A stretch of 64,000 nucleotides of DNA, taken from Somniosus microcephalus. Taxonomy: Eukaryota. The translations under genes were made by a program, and so were the position numbers. Shown here piece after piece: positions 1 to 12,565 of the stretch (the stretch's first letter is position 1; each line of letters begins with the position of its first letter). The stretch lies in NCBI GenBank assembly GCA_052327205.1, contig CM126224.1:40052001-40116000 (forward strand). Reading direction: 5' to 3'. Below the pieces are notes generated by a model, which made no database searches, was not told the origin of the DNA, and worked only from the letters and a program-made list of their open reading frames with translations.

Positions 1-220
1 AGACTTACCCTCCCGGAGCAACCTGTAAAAAAACGGAAGTTCCAGGTGTACGCGCTGCCTCTCCGGTGCACGCGTTCGACCTGTGAACCCCTTCCTTTAA
101 GGGAACAGAAGTTCCGGTTTCCAACGCATGCGCAGTGCATGTACGAAACCAATACTTTCGTTGGCCCTACGCGTGAGTACCCAGCGCGTACTCACCCGTG
201 GGGACCCGAATTATTGGCCC
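1..220. mobile_element. Right end of a GC-rich Harbinger-type MITE, cut by the window edge
   Basis: CpG-rich segment ending CCCGAATTATTGGCCC, resembling the GGGC/GGCC..AATT termini of other MITEs here; abrupt switch to AT-rich flank. Confidence 0.45.
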
Positions 221-409
221 ACTATATCTAGATTGTAATGAGAATGGGAGATAGAGCTAGAAGTATTCTGAATACTTGTGAATTGAATATAAATTTCTTA
301 GAAATAAATAAATCACTGAAGCAACTATATTTTGGGGATTAAAGCTCGACATGAAATATTGTTTTTTTTAAAAATCGAGGAGTAAATGTTAATTCACACA
401 AATTAAGCA

Positions 410-790
410 CTGCTGATGATTTAATGGTTAAATGCATTGCCCAATATATTGCTGAGCCTTATGGACTATAAGGTCCTTGGTTCAATCACTGGTCTCTACT
501 GAATTCGCTGATCTTAGCCACGGCAGTGTTAGCGTGCTACAACTGGCCTCCGTGCTCTAGGCTAGGGAAGAAAGAGAAGAAAAAAAATCAACTAGGTTTT
601 CTACTCCTGATCACTCTCCAGTGACCCCTGTCACAAAGTGCCATGTGCATTTTTTGTCAGGTGTCAGCTGAGATGTTCTCCATGTCAAACAGCCTCCCAT
701 TGCTCACTGTCTGGCCTCACACATGAACAATAGCTACTTAGGTGAGGCACCAGAGCGTTGCCAACATCCGTGGAACTATACCCAGGAAGG
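410..790 (+). mobile_element. Old tRNA-head-type SINE; related copies near 6940-7300, 19930-20240, 27055-27445(-), 30230-30580, 32490-32780, 55500-55920(-), 57885-58070, 63690-63955(-)
   Basis: B-box-like GGTTCAATC followed by a recurring GGTCTGTGCTGAGTTAGCTGATCTCAGC...CTCCTGATC..TCCAGTGACCCCTG-type body seen repeatedly in degenerate form. Confidence 0.6.
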
Positions 791-2399
791 GACAGGAAAG
801 CATGGAAGAAAATTGAAAGATTGAAGTCCATTAAGGCAAAAAGCCCAAAACTAGAGCTGAATGCTGAGACATTGAATTCAGAGAAAACAATCTTGGTTAC
901 TATCAATTAAAGTTAATGCATTCAAAGGCTTTAAAACCCAAAGGAAAGAGAAAATATGAATTAGAGATTTCCAGAAGACATTAGCATTCAGGGTCAACCA
1001 GTCATTTCAAGCCCAACTGTAGTTAATTAAGACAAATGTTTTGGTGCAGGCCTCAACTTCCCCACAGGGGGCTTTTTTGGAGCCTGAACTGAGCATGTGC
1101 AGGCTATGCGCGTGTGAATGCTGCCTTCACAATCCACTGGGCTTCTTTATTACAAAAACAGATTGAGCAAAGCAAAGCGTTTAAAGGAAAAGCTCGCTGA
1201 CTGATAACAGATCTGCTGAACAATAGCTTTCATAATATGTATTTCGCAATCTTCATTTTTCGTAAAGAAAATAAAAATGATAACATTATAGAGCCAGACA
1301 TAAACTGAATTAGGGTACTCCTGCTTGTGGTAAGACTATTGTTGCAGAAGGATAATTTAGATTCAGAACCGACAAGTTTTCATTTTAAAATGAAGGAATC
1401 CATAAGAGTTAAATCATGCTTCGTCTGCGGCAATTAGCATCAATTCTCATTTACCAAGGAAAATAAGCACAAGAAGATACTCATAGAACCAAAATAGTGG
1501 CCATCTGGGAGTGGTGGTGCCACAGGGTTTGATACTCAAATCCATTGTGGTACAGAGCGCTAAGGTATGGAGCTTTGGCCATGATAACTCACTGGGCCGT
1601 GAAAGGATGCTTCATCACAGGGAAGGACCTCCCTCCTGGTACTTACTGGCCAGGTTACCTGTCCATGCTTTAAGTTTAATAACGTACAACAGCATCTCCA
1701 GTCAGGTAGTTGTGCCATTTGTTTGCCTCTGCGGCAAAGTGACAACTCACAAGTTCTAAAAATAAAACCATCTCAAAACAGAGAGCCTTCAATTTGTCAA
1801 ATATGTGCACATTTTATTTTGATTACTGGTCTGACGCACTTGTGAAAACTGTCAGAAAGGAATGACACATCTTTAAGTCATTAACTGTAAGGTTGCTTTT
1901 GTTGGCTGTGGCAGTAACAATGTTTTTCTTAAACTGTAATTTTTTTCACAATTTAAACTATTTTACAAATCAAAAAGTCTTAATTTAATCTGAGTAGTTT
2001 AGTTTCTAGGTCGCTTTTTACACACTGTAGAGCTCCTAAGTAGGTTATTAGTTCTTAAAGGGGTACTGTCTTTACAGAAACATCTGACAGACATTATTAT
2101 TTGTAATAATACAATAGCATAAATCACATAAAACACTTAATCACATCACTTGCACATAATATCCTATAAGCATGACTGTCTCCTTAAAGTGCAACAACTG
2201 CAGTGTCTCTTTAAAGTTCTAATCAGGTGAACTATGAACTATTAGATAGAAAAATATTGGAGATTGCAAAAAAAAGCTATTTAACTGACAGTGAAGAATC
2301 ATCCAGTCGGGTGATGAAGAGTCTCTTCACCTTCCAGTGGCGGGAGGGTGGGGGCAGGGTGCTTGGAGGTAGGAGATCATGTGATGAAACGTCCAGGAA

Positions 2400-2843
2400 T
2401 ATGTCCAATCAGAGTTGGCGACCCTAACTGGCCCCCGGTCCAGCAACACACTGAATTTAAAATTCCCATTCTCCTGTTCAAATTCCTTCATGGCCTTGCC
2501 CCTCCCTGTCTCTGTAACCTTCTCCACCCCTACAATCCTCCCAAGAAATCTGCGTTCCTCCAATTCTGGCCTCATATGCATCACCAATTTCCATCGCCCC
2601 ACCATTGGTGGCCGTGCCTTCAGTTGTCTAGTCCCCATGCTCTGGAATTCCCTCTTAAAACCTCTCCGTCTTTCTACCTCTCTCTCCTCCTTTAAGACGC
2701 TCCTTAAAACCTACCTTGTCACCTGTCCTAATATCTCCTTATGTGAATCGTTGTCAAATTTTGTTTGATTACGCTTCTGTGACGCGCCTTGCCACATTTG
2801 ACTACATTCAAGGCGATTTATAAATGCATGTTGTTGTTGTTGT
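2400..2843 (+). mobile_element. L2-clade LINE 3' fragment
   Basis: Translates to the L2 ORF2 C-terminus-like WPPVQQHTEFKIPILLFKFLHGLAPPCLCNLL...GGRAFS..LWNSL..SLSSFKTLLKTYL; ends TATAAATGCATG(TTG)n tail. Confidence 0.8.
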
Positions 2844-3615
2844 TGGAACTGATCTGGGATTGTTCCATGCCATCACTGCATTCCCAAAGTAAAAAAAAAA
2901 TCAATTCTCGGCACTGTTATCCTTTGCATTACAAAAAAAAACAGGAAAAAACCCTGCTAACAGAAGGTTGTTTATATTGTGTTGAGAAAAGATTTATATT
3001 TGTGGCTTTAATTTTCAGGTCTGGCTGGCATAATGTATTTGAACCCTGATTATTCTATCGCAGTTCACTCTCCCTCGAGAGTTAATTTGTGGGCTAGATA
3101 TCATCACTGCTATCAAATTTCTCCTGTCATTAAGAAAACCACAGTCTGCCATAGTGGCAAATCTGTTTCCAGAATAAATAACCAAAAACTAGGTAAATAC
3201 CAGCAACTGAGAAAGAAACACTTTTATGTGACCTTTCTAATATCCAAATAATTGCTAAGGTCTGGCAGTTCCAAGGAATGTTCTCCACAACAATAAACAG
3301 GGAGTTTTGGACAACTGAACATGACCAGGCGCTCGAAAAGGCAACTTATTATCAAGCAATGTAATAGTGTTAGGAAGAAAAAAAAAAGGAAATCTCTCCG
3401 CCTTGCTCACAAATTAAATGGATCTTGATAAGGAAGGCAAACAATTTAGCTACTTGAAGTGAAGTTTCCAAAAACGTCAGCGACATCATTGCATCACTGG
3501 TATTCTGGGAAACGTACACTGCTTTAGTTTATGCTTAACACTTTGAGGGGTTGCATTTCAAAACTGATATTGGTTAACTCTAAGAGTGGTCTGAATTATG
3601 AATGTAGCTTACCAT

Positions 3616-4287
3616 ACCAGGAAGGCAAATGGAATATTGGCCTTTATTGAAAGGGGGATGGAGTATAAAAGTAGGGAAGTCTTGCTACAACCGTACAGGG
3701 TGTTGGTGAGACCGTACCTGGAGTGCTGCGTACAGTTTTGTTTTCCTTATTTAAGGAAGGATATACTTGCATTGGAGGCAGTTCAGAGAAGGTTCACGAG
3801 GTTGATTCCTGAATTGAAGGGGTTGTCTTATGAGGAAAGGTTGAGCAGGTTGGGCCTATACTCATTGGAGTTTAGAAGAACGAGAGATGATCTTATTGAA
3901 ACATATAAGATTCTGAGGGGGCTCGACAAGGTAGATGCAGGGAGGATGTTTCCCCTCGTGGGGGAATCTAGAACTAGGGGGCATAGTTTCAGAATAAGGG
4001 GTCGCCCATTTAAAACAGAGATGAGGAGGAATTTCTTCTCTCAGAGGGTCGTGAATCTTTGGAATTCTCTACCCCAGAGAGCTGTGGAGGCTGAGTCAGT
4101 GAATATATTCAAGGCAGAGATGGACAGATTTTTTAAAAACAGGGGATTCAAGGGTTATGGGGAGTGGGCAGGAAAGTGGAGTTGAGGCCAAGATCAGATC
4201 AGCCATGATCTTATTGAATGGCGGAGCAGGTTCGAGGGGCCGAATGGCCTACTCCTGCTCCTATTTCTTAAGTTGTAATGTTCTTAT
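3616..4287 (+). mobile_element. CR1-clade LINE 3' fragment (ORF2 C-terminus and 3' UTR)
   Basis: ORF 3598-4185 reads KANGILAFI..LVRPYLECCVQF..LEAVQRRFTRLIP..LSYEERL..RTRGHS..FFSQRVVNLWNSLP, typical of CR1 ORF2; conserved 3' UTR GGCCGAATGGCCTACTCCTGCTCC. Confidence 0.93.
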
Positions 4288-4447
4288 ATGCACAATAGAG
4301 AGTAAGCACAAGATGCTGATCTAACGGATTCTACATTACAGAGATAGGAAGCTTGAAAAGATCACACCTATTCTCTAAACTTTGAATTCACCCCTTTCTA
4401 TCTGCAAATGTGTGTAATATACACTGGAAGCTTTTGTTTAAGTCATT

Positions 4448-4607
4448 GGGGGTAATTTCGACTTTGAGAGATAGTGTAAAACAGGTGCTAACGAATTGGC
4501 CGCCCGATTTACATCTCTCCCGGTTTTAAGTTAGGAGAAGTGTAAAATAGACTGCCGGTTCGTTATTGCCTGTGTTACACTTTCGCAACAAAGTCAACAT
4601 TACCCCC
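4448..4607. mobile_element. Short fully palindromic MITE (Harbinger/Chompy-like)
   Basis: GGGGGTAATTTCGACTTTG...CAAAGTCAACATTACCCCC; arms pair along most of the length; relatives at ~33735-33905 and 54458-54645. Confidence 0.7.
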
Positions 4608-4973
4608 ACTGAGGCAAGGAAAGAGTCGGCATGTTTCACAACCGCAGTCGACACTCTCTAAGTAACAATCGAGATTAAGGATGCAGCTATGTAATGTACT
4701 CCATTTGCTACTAATACCTGCTCACAGTGCTATATCAGACTCAAGTTATACTGCCGAGTCCGTGTCGCTCTAGGAACGTGTCTATTGCTGGTTAAATTTT
4801 AAACATACTTCGGCACAGAGCTGAAGTGCAGTCGGATTTTTGCTAACATGAAAAAGATTATACATGAAGTTTAAAAGGTTCCAGCGTATTGCCTGGGGAC
4901 TTTTTAAACTTCACTTTACATTGGTTGCATTAATAAAATTGCAGCCTGCGCAAAGCCAAAGTGATGTCTCATT

Positions 4974-5645
4974 CGGCCTGAATTTGCGGTCGGAGGCTTC
5001 CCGCGGGGAAATGCCTCTGATCCACAAATAAAGTACGCACCTACCTTCTGCCTCGGGATCCACGGAGACTCGCGCCCCTAGGACTCTATGCGTAGACATG
5101 CGCAAGCGCCCCAGGATCACGTGGGCTGGCCCAACCAATGAAAGAAGGGGGATCCCCATTCATAGGTAGGTACGGAATCCCCAGAAGCATGAATGGGGAT
5201 CACATAAAAAAAACACATTTACGTATCAAATAAAAAAATTTAAATTACATATTTAAAATTAATTAAAATACAATTTAAACATTTTAAAACAAAAATGTAA
5301 TTTTTTGAAAAATAAATGTAAATGTTTTTAAGGGGCTAAAAGTAACCGTAACTTATTTTACAGGTGTTTTAATGTTTAAATAATTGAAAAAATATATTTT
5401 TACATTCAATTAAACTCTTACGCTGGTAAAAGCAGGCCTTACCAGGCGTAAGAATTTCATGGGCATTCGCTGGGCAAATAGCCCAACTCTCCGACCGTGG
5501 AGGTCCATTTCCCGGGGATGGCTACGATTTGTCAAGCAGATTCTTGACAGATTGCAAGTTCTAGGTCTTCGCGCGCGAAAACCCCGGAACCTGCGGGGCC
5601 CTTACGGGCGCGTACGCACCACGTACACACCGCAAATTCAGGCCC
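4974..5645. mobile_element. Non-autonomous Harbinger-type DNA transposon (MITE)
   Basis: 17-bp TIR CGGCCTGAATTTGCGGT / ACCGCAAATTCAGGCCC (1 mismatch); GC-rich ends, AT-rich core; related to 7315-7991. Confidence 0.8.
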
Positions 5646-5999
5646 AACATTTTCTACACTATTGAAGCACCATTGGTGCAGAGACCCCATATTCAAGCTC
5701 TACCATACAGTCGGAGTCAACATGAAGCTGAAACTGTTTTGTGTCAATGCAGATTTGTGGTATAACTAGCCATAGCAACAACCCATGAAGAGATTTATAA
5801 ATTGCTGCCAGGCCAGTTCACACCAGTGGCCTCCATTTCACAACATCCTGATGACATGCTAATAACCTTTAGCTTAACAGTGTCAGGTTCTGGAAATATA
5901 AAATTGACTATGCTTTCTTTTCTTAACATTTTAATATTTTCTCTACCCTACCCGCCCCTTTTTTTAAAAATTCAGACATTGATAAGGAACCATTCCTGG

Positions 6000-6325
6000 G
6001 AACTGGGCCATGCACTGGGTTACACCATGACCTTTCACCTCTGGTAGTTTGGTTCAAATCCAGCCCAGACTGATGTGATGAAAGTCTCTTCTGTCTGCTG
6101 GCAGTGAGGGTCCTAGGTGAAATGAATCTGTACAGTCTCAATCCCTTTCCTAGTGGGCTTGGGTCTACAGTACAAAACTCTTTCAACGCCAATTGGCAAT
6201 CTCACTCAGAGGGGCCATGGGATGGCTAGAGCGAGAAATCTCATACTGGTGAAGTCGGGGTGCTTTTCTGAACTTGGGGCTGAGGCAGATTGTTGGTACA
6301 GGGTTGAGGGAACTTTACACTCTAT
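6000..6325 (+). mobile_element. LF-SINE-like element
   Basis: CCTTTCACCTCT..GGTTCAAATCCAGCCCAG..GAAAGTC..GTGAAATGA..GTCTCAATCC..TTCCTAGTGG..CAAAAC..AATTGGCA..GGGCCATGG..TGAGGCA follows my recollection of the LF-SINE consensus in order and spacing. Confidence 0.65.
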
Positions 6326-6540
6326 CTGAATATATAAAAGAAACAACCATTTCATTCTCCGAGCAGATGGCCAACAGGCAAATTACTCTTGATCCATTGC
6401 CAGTATCACTCTGCGGGCACATGCGATACTGGCATGCAAAGAGGTAAGGTAATTCAGCATATCAAGCCCACTCCTTCCACTGACAAAAAGCAATCCACAC
6501 TATTGTCGACCCTACCTTATCCATTTAATCTCCTGAAACT

Positions 6541-6790
6541 CAGAATCTTACAGCACAGAATGAGGCCATTTGCCTTTGCTGACTCTTTGAAAGAGCTATC
6601 CAATTAGTCTCACACCCCTGCTCTTTCCCTGTAGCGCTGCAATTTTTATACTGTTCAAAGTATATATAGAATTCCCTTTTTAAAATTACTATTGAATCTG
6701 CTTCCATCACCTTTTCAGGCAATGCATTCCAGTTTATAACAAATCGCTGCGTTAAAAAATAAATTCTCCTCATCTCCCCTCTGGTTCTTT
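6541..6790 (-). mobile_element. Degenerate CR1-type LINE 3' end
   Basis: Minus ORF MRRIYFLTQRFVINWNALPEKVMEADSI resembles the CR1 ORF2 terminus. Confidence 0.7.
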
Positions 6791-7314
6791 TGCTACACTC
6801 TGTACTGATTTTCCCTGATCACCAGAAAACAGCTGCAGGGAAAAAGTTATGGTACTTTAAAGCGGAAACTCCTGTCTTCAGTTATGTCACTCTCCTTTAA
6901 GAAACTAACGACGAGACAGAGAAGGTTTCCTGACAGCCCAGTTGGTACATGCACCGCTTAACATGGAGCTAAGCCACTTACAGGTTTGACTGTTGCTCTG
7001 TGCTGAGGTAGCTGCTTTCAGCCAGGGTGGTGATAGTGTTAGTAGTCACAATTAGCCTCAATCTCTCCGGGCTAGTGGGGGGGTGGGGGGTGGCGGGTGG
7101 TGGCAGGAATAGGCCAAGGTTCCCTCTGCTGATCACAATCCAGTGATTTCTGCTGGATAATGTGCATGGATACGGGGGGGGGGCGGGGGGGGAGAAGATG
7201 TTTTGGGATCAGCTACAATACATCTCCACGGTCAAGCAAGCCATCTAGACTTCCGCGTGAGGTAATGTCCTATTTGGGTTTGGTGCTAAGGGCTGTTGGT
7301 ATCTCTGAAATAAT

Positions 7315-7991
7315 GAGCTAGAAATTGCGGTCGGAGGCGTACCCCCGGAGTATGCCTCTGACCCGCAAAACATTTCCGCAGCTACCTCCATGCGTCAAGG
7401 CTGTGGAGAGTATGGGTCTCGGGCCTCCAGGCCTACTTCTGCATGAAGGCCCACGGATCCCAGGGACGCAGCCGGTTCGGAAGCGTCCCTGGGATCACGT
7501 GGGCCCAATCACAAAGGAGGATTCCATTGCAATCATTTCCGAACGGAATCCCCAAATAATTAAACAATTTACACAATTCTAATAGTTAGAAATGTTCTGA
7601 ATTCCAATTTTATTCAAAAGTCGCTTCATTACACCAAATACAATAAAAATTAAATTTTTTGAAAAATAATCTTAAACATCCGGGCCAAAATTTGCATAAA
7701 CTAATTTAAAGTGTTTGTGTATCATTTATTATTTTTAAATATTTAATTTAAGATTTCTAATAAACCTTATGCTGATGAAAGCAGGCCCGACACCTGCTTT
7801 TATCAGCCGTAAGAGTTTTGTCGGCAATTGCTGGGCAGCTGTTGGGCAAATAGTCCAACTCTGCGTACCTTGACAGATCGCAAGTTCTGGGTTTTGCGTA
7901 TGCGGAAACCCAAAAGTTACGGGACCTTTCAGATGGATTACGGCGGCGTACGCTAAGTGTACGCCATCGAGGACACCGCAATTTCAGGGCC
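7315..7991. mobile_element. Harbinger-type MITE, same family as 4974-5645
   Basis: Termini GAGCTAGAAATTGCGGT / ACCGCAATTTCAGGGCC; flanks AAT / ATT; shared internal blocks (GGATCACGTGGG, GGGCAAATAG). Confidence 0.78.
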
Positions 7992-9227
7992 ATTATCCCA
8001 GCAAGAGTCAGCACCATCAGGCGAAGAGGAAAAACAGAAAAAACTGATAAAGAGCTATCTTCTTGGCCAAAATTCAATGATCTTAATTCATACCCTAATG
8101 AGGTGCTTAACACATCTATTAAAATGCATTTAGGAATCTGCCAGATTATACAAACTACAAATAAAAGAAACAGGAGCAAGCAAGTCAACACAGTGCTCGG
8201 CAGTTTTTGTGTGCGATGGTAATCCCTGACTGTTTTTCCAATGTTTCATTTAAACTGTCCACATTCTTGCTCCTGTAGCTTAACAGCAATAATTACAACC
8301 AACCCCTCCTCAGCGTGAAAAAGGTCTCAATTTACAATAGTCTCTGTGCTCACACAACACGGTTCGGAAATATTCTTGGAAGTGCTATTTATGTAGAACG
8401 CATGGAAATTATGGAACGAATTAGAAAGGAAAATAACTTGCATTTGTACGCAATTAGTTATTTAATTAAAACAAAACATTTTGTCATGGTCTGCGTTACA
8501 CAGAAGGGTAATTGTATTAGTTTTAGATTGAAAACATGATTGTTCCATCTATAGAGCAATGGTTCGGTTAGTGTGTGTTACAGGGTTGCAGCATAAAGAG
8601 AGGTTCATCTGAATCCTGAGACTGCAGTTTAACCTGGAGCCCCCTCAAGTGTTACATTATATTGCATATTGTGTTCATGTTACTTGAGTGTTTGTGTGCA
8701 AGGGTGTTCTCTGGGGTTGGTAGACGCAGCTCATAAATACTGTATTGTAAAGTGGAAAAACAGATTTTGACAAAGAGATTACAGGTACAAATCATTATAA
8801 CACGTTAAAGCTTTGTTGGGTAGGAAACAGGCCCGCAATCTCTCCCCTCCCCCACTCATCTCCCCACTCTGACGAGAGCGCTCCATCTTACGAGTTGTTA
8901 CGGTGCTTTAACGAATGCCGCAGTTGTGGGAGTCTGTCGTCAGTTGGTTTTGGGGAGGTGACTGGAGGTGAGATCACCACTGCCAGCTGACAGAATTTTA
9001 AAAGAGCAGAGACAATAGCAGCTAAGTCTGCAGCCTTTGGACATGCGGTATCAAATGACAGGAAATGGCATTTTCATTTGTGGCTGCGGCATTGGGAAAT
9101 GACACGACTCCTGCGTATAACTCGAACTGAAAAATGTAATTTGAACCATGCAGTGGTTCAGAAAGTTGGACAGTGCAGTCGTCCCCCACAATTCCATGTG
9201 TCACAGAGCAGTGGGATATGGACTTGC

Positions 9228-9431
9228 AGCAACAATAACAACAACTTACATTTATATAGCAGCTTTAACGTAGTAAAACGGCCCAAGGTGCTTCACAGGA
9301 GTGTTATCAGACAAAATTTGACACCGAGCCACATAAAGTTATTAAGGCAGGTGACCAAAAGCTTGGTCAAAGAGGTAGATTTTAAGGAGCGACTTAAAGG
9401 AGGTGGAGAGGTTTAGGGAGGGAATTCCAGA
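9228..9431 (-). mobile_element. L2 LINE/SINE 3' tail fragment
   Basis: Reverse complement of the L2-type tail at 2700-2843, with a (CAA)n terminus. Confidence 0.75.
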
Positions 9432-10527
9432 ACATAGAAATTCCAGAGCTTAGCAATTTTCCATGTCGTGGCTGTGTTTCTCAATGTCACATGAAGTTAT
9501 CCAGGAAGATTCCCAATCACCTGTGCCAGCTCCGAAGTGCATTGTTATAGCGCCCTGTCTGAAACAATTCAGCTGGGATGTTTATCTGCAATGCCAGGGA
9601 TCAGAGCAGGCACAGGCAGTCTGCGGGACCACATGGTTATGTTTTTAATTACATGGGATTCTGGGATTTTGACTGGTGATAGATACAGGAATCATATTCC
9701 ATGATTCCATCCATTTACAACGAGGTCCATTAGTTTACAGTAACTGAATTGGTCACATTCAATTTTTTAAAAAAAAATATGGAATTGGAGGATTTTCATT
9801 AACGATTTGGTGCGTCCTGCAATTCCATCCACCTTCCCGCGAAAACCACACATCAGTGGCCTTGCCGATCTGGAATCATCCTGAACAGCTCGGGAGACTG
9901 GTAATGTGCACAGTCCCAGCAGTGCACTCAGTGGGGGAGGGAGTGGGAAGAATTGGATTTACCCTTGGGTCAGTTCCCACTCGCAAATCTTTTTAAAAGC
10001 CTGCTCCAAGAGCAGTGTTGACGGGTGGAAGGGAACAAGGCTTTTGTGGCATAACATCTAAATATCTTACGACAAGGAGAAAATACAAAACTTGCAGACA
10101 ATTTTGTATGTGATTGGCATTTGATGGTTGGTTTAGAAAAATATATCCCAATGGCATCTACATTTGGTTCAATGTGGGCCAGCAGGCACAGAGAGAGGAG
10201 AAAACTAACTAACTAACTAACACACTTGCCAATATGGAAACCCCAGATTGAACAACATAAACAGGCACATATAAAACAAGCTGGGTCAGTGCCTGACTCT
10301 GTAAATGGAGCTACTGATGGATGCCAACTACATTGCAATCAAGAGTTTTATCCAATCTGCATCCTCTTTATTAGAGAGTGTCCTGACCATTTTTTTTTAT
10401 TTGTTCCTGAGATACAGGCAATACAGTATTTATTGCCCCTCCTTAGTTACCCCGAGACCCTTACGAGTCAACTGCGTAGTAGGCAATGGGAGTCACACGT
10501 GGGCCAGACTATGCAGGGGATGACAGG

Positions 10528-10999
10528 CAATGTTCCCGCTAAGCAGCGGTCTGGAGGTCCCACGCAGGCCGCTCACTGGCTTTGGTACGGGAGAAACTTC
10601 ACATGCGCGAAAATTTGAATGGGTCGGGGAGTCCAGAACCAGGGGTCACAGTCTAAGGATAAGGGGTAAGCCATTTAGGACAGAAATGAGGAGGAATTTC
10701 TTCACCCAGAGAGTGGTGAACCTGCGGAATTCTCTACCACAGAAGGCAGTAGAGGCCAATTCATTAAATATATTCAAGAAGGAGTTAGATATATTTCTTA
10801 AGGCTAAAGGGATCAAGGGATATGGGGGGAAAGCAGGGACCGGGTACTGAATTTGGATGATCAGCCATGATCTCATTGAATGGCGGAGCAGGCTCGAGGG
10901 GCCGAATGGCCTACTCCTGCTCCTATCTTCTATGTTTCTATGGGTCGCGCAGCCACTTAAAGGGACCATGCACCAAAACAAAAGTAAGCGGGAACATTG
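10528..10999. mobile_element. hAT-type MITE interrupted by a CR1 fragment
   Basis: TIR CAATGTTCCCGCT / AGCGGGAACATTG; 8-bp TSD ATGACAGG (10520-10527) / GTGACAGG (11000-11007). Confidence 0.8.
10627..10939 (+). mobile_element. 5'-truncated CR1 LINE insertion
   Basis: GESRTRGHSLRIRGKPFRTEMRRNFFTQRVVN..; 3' UTR with TTCTATGTTTCT tail; flanked by ATGGGTCG direct repeat (10619-10626, 10940-10947). Confidence 0.9.
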
Positions 11000-12241
11000 G
11001 TGACAGGCTTCCTTCCCTGAAGGACATTAATGAAACCAGTTAGGTTTTCACTACAATTCATGGTTAGTTCTCTGGTGAAGATTCATTGAATTTTCACAAC
11101 CTGTTAAGTGGGATCTGAACTCATGATCTCTGGGTTGCTAGTCGAGTGCCATAACTATCAGGCAACTGTGCCCTCTGTTCTGTATCCTTGGCGTATCTTT
11201 GTCCGTGAAAGGGATTGAGATACTTTTCGGTAAATTACTGCCTTCAATTCACTGAGCAGTACCAGGTATTATTTTAACAGACAGAATTTTTTCTTGTTAA
11301 AAGTAGGTTTTTCTTAATGTTGCAGCACTATTCTCAGTGGTCACAATGGCATTGACAGTGGGCATCCTACAGAATGTTGGATTGGTGGTGTAGGACTTGA
11401 TTGGTGATGTGGGACTTGAAGTATTACTGGGATATTCTTGATCACAAATTATAAGAAAGATCCTTCTAAAGATAGAAGAACAAAGGGAGAAGAATTTATT
11501 TCACACACGGGGGTTGTTAGAACATGGAATGTTTTAGCACAAGTGGCTATTTTGGCAGAGAGAGTAACATAATTTGAAAAGGAATTGGATAAATATTTGA
11601 AAAGGAAGAATATAAAAGGATATGGGGAAAGGGAATTAGAGGAGATATCTCCACTTGAAAAGCTCACATTGCCACAGGCACTTCCTTCTGTGTGTAATAT
11701 CTATCATTATATGTATAGACTATATTACTGTCATATAGGTTTAGACATCAGGGACACAAATTGTAAGTGCAGCAATTAAATCAACAGTTTTCAGGTTTCT
11801 TACGCTGAATGCTGTCAAGTTGACATACGAGTTGACTTATCATTACAGCAGAAGTTATTCTTCCTACCCCCATGTTGTTTCAGCAGTAGAATCTCTCAGC
11901 TGTAATATGGGTATATGTCATTATCCACACCACAGAAGGAACTGGCCAAACCCTTATTAGAAAAGGTGGCGGATTCAGGGCTAAAGACGCACTGCACCAT
12001 TTAACTACTACGATAAATACTCAAATTTATATCAAGTGCCATTATTTTGAGTATTGGTATTAATTTGGAAACAAAGCTCATGTAAAGCAATGTGTTTTAA
12101 TATCGGGTCAACTCATTTCTGGTATGCTACTCTTAATTCATCACCTCAAATTGCTCCAGTATGAAAACCAGCAGTGACAGGCCTGTAACCACCCGCACTG
12201 TGCACTAGTAAATGTGTCGGTCAATGGAGCTGAATGTCAGG

Positions 12242-12565
12242 CCCTGGCTGGGAAATCTAGAACCAGGGGTCACAGTCTCAGAATAAGGGGTCGGCCATTT
12301 AGGACTGAGATGAGGAGAAAGTTCTTCACTCAGAGGGTGGTGAATCTTTGGAATTCTCTACCCCTGAGCGCTGTGGAGGCTCAGTCGTTGAGTATATTCA
12401 AGGTAGAGATCGATAGATTTTTGAATATTAAGGGAATCAAGGGATATGGGGATAGTGCGGGAAGGTGGAGATGAGGTAGATGATCAGCCATGATCTCATT
12501 GAATGGCGGAGCAGGCTCGAGGGGCCGAATGGCCGACTCCTGCTCCTATTTCTTGTGTTCTCATG
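12242..12565 (+). mobile_element. 5'-truncated CR1 LINE fragment
   Basis: LAGKSRTRGHSLRIRGRPFRTEMRRKFFTQRVVNLWNSLP plus CR1 3' UTR. Confidence 0.9.

Noticed and set aside
3598-4185. 195-aa ORF as a host gene
   Set aside because: It is the CR1 ORF2 C-terminus, repeated many times in the window.
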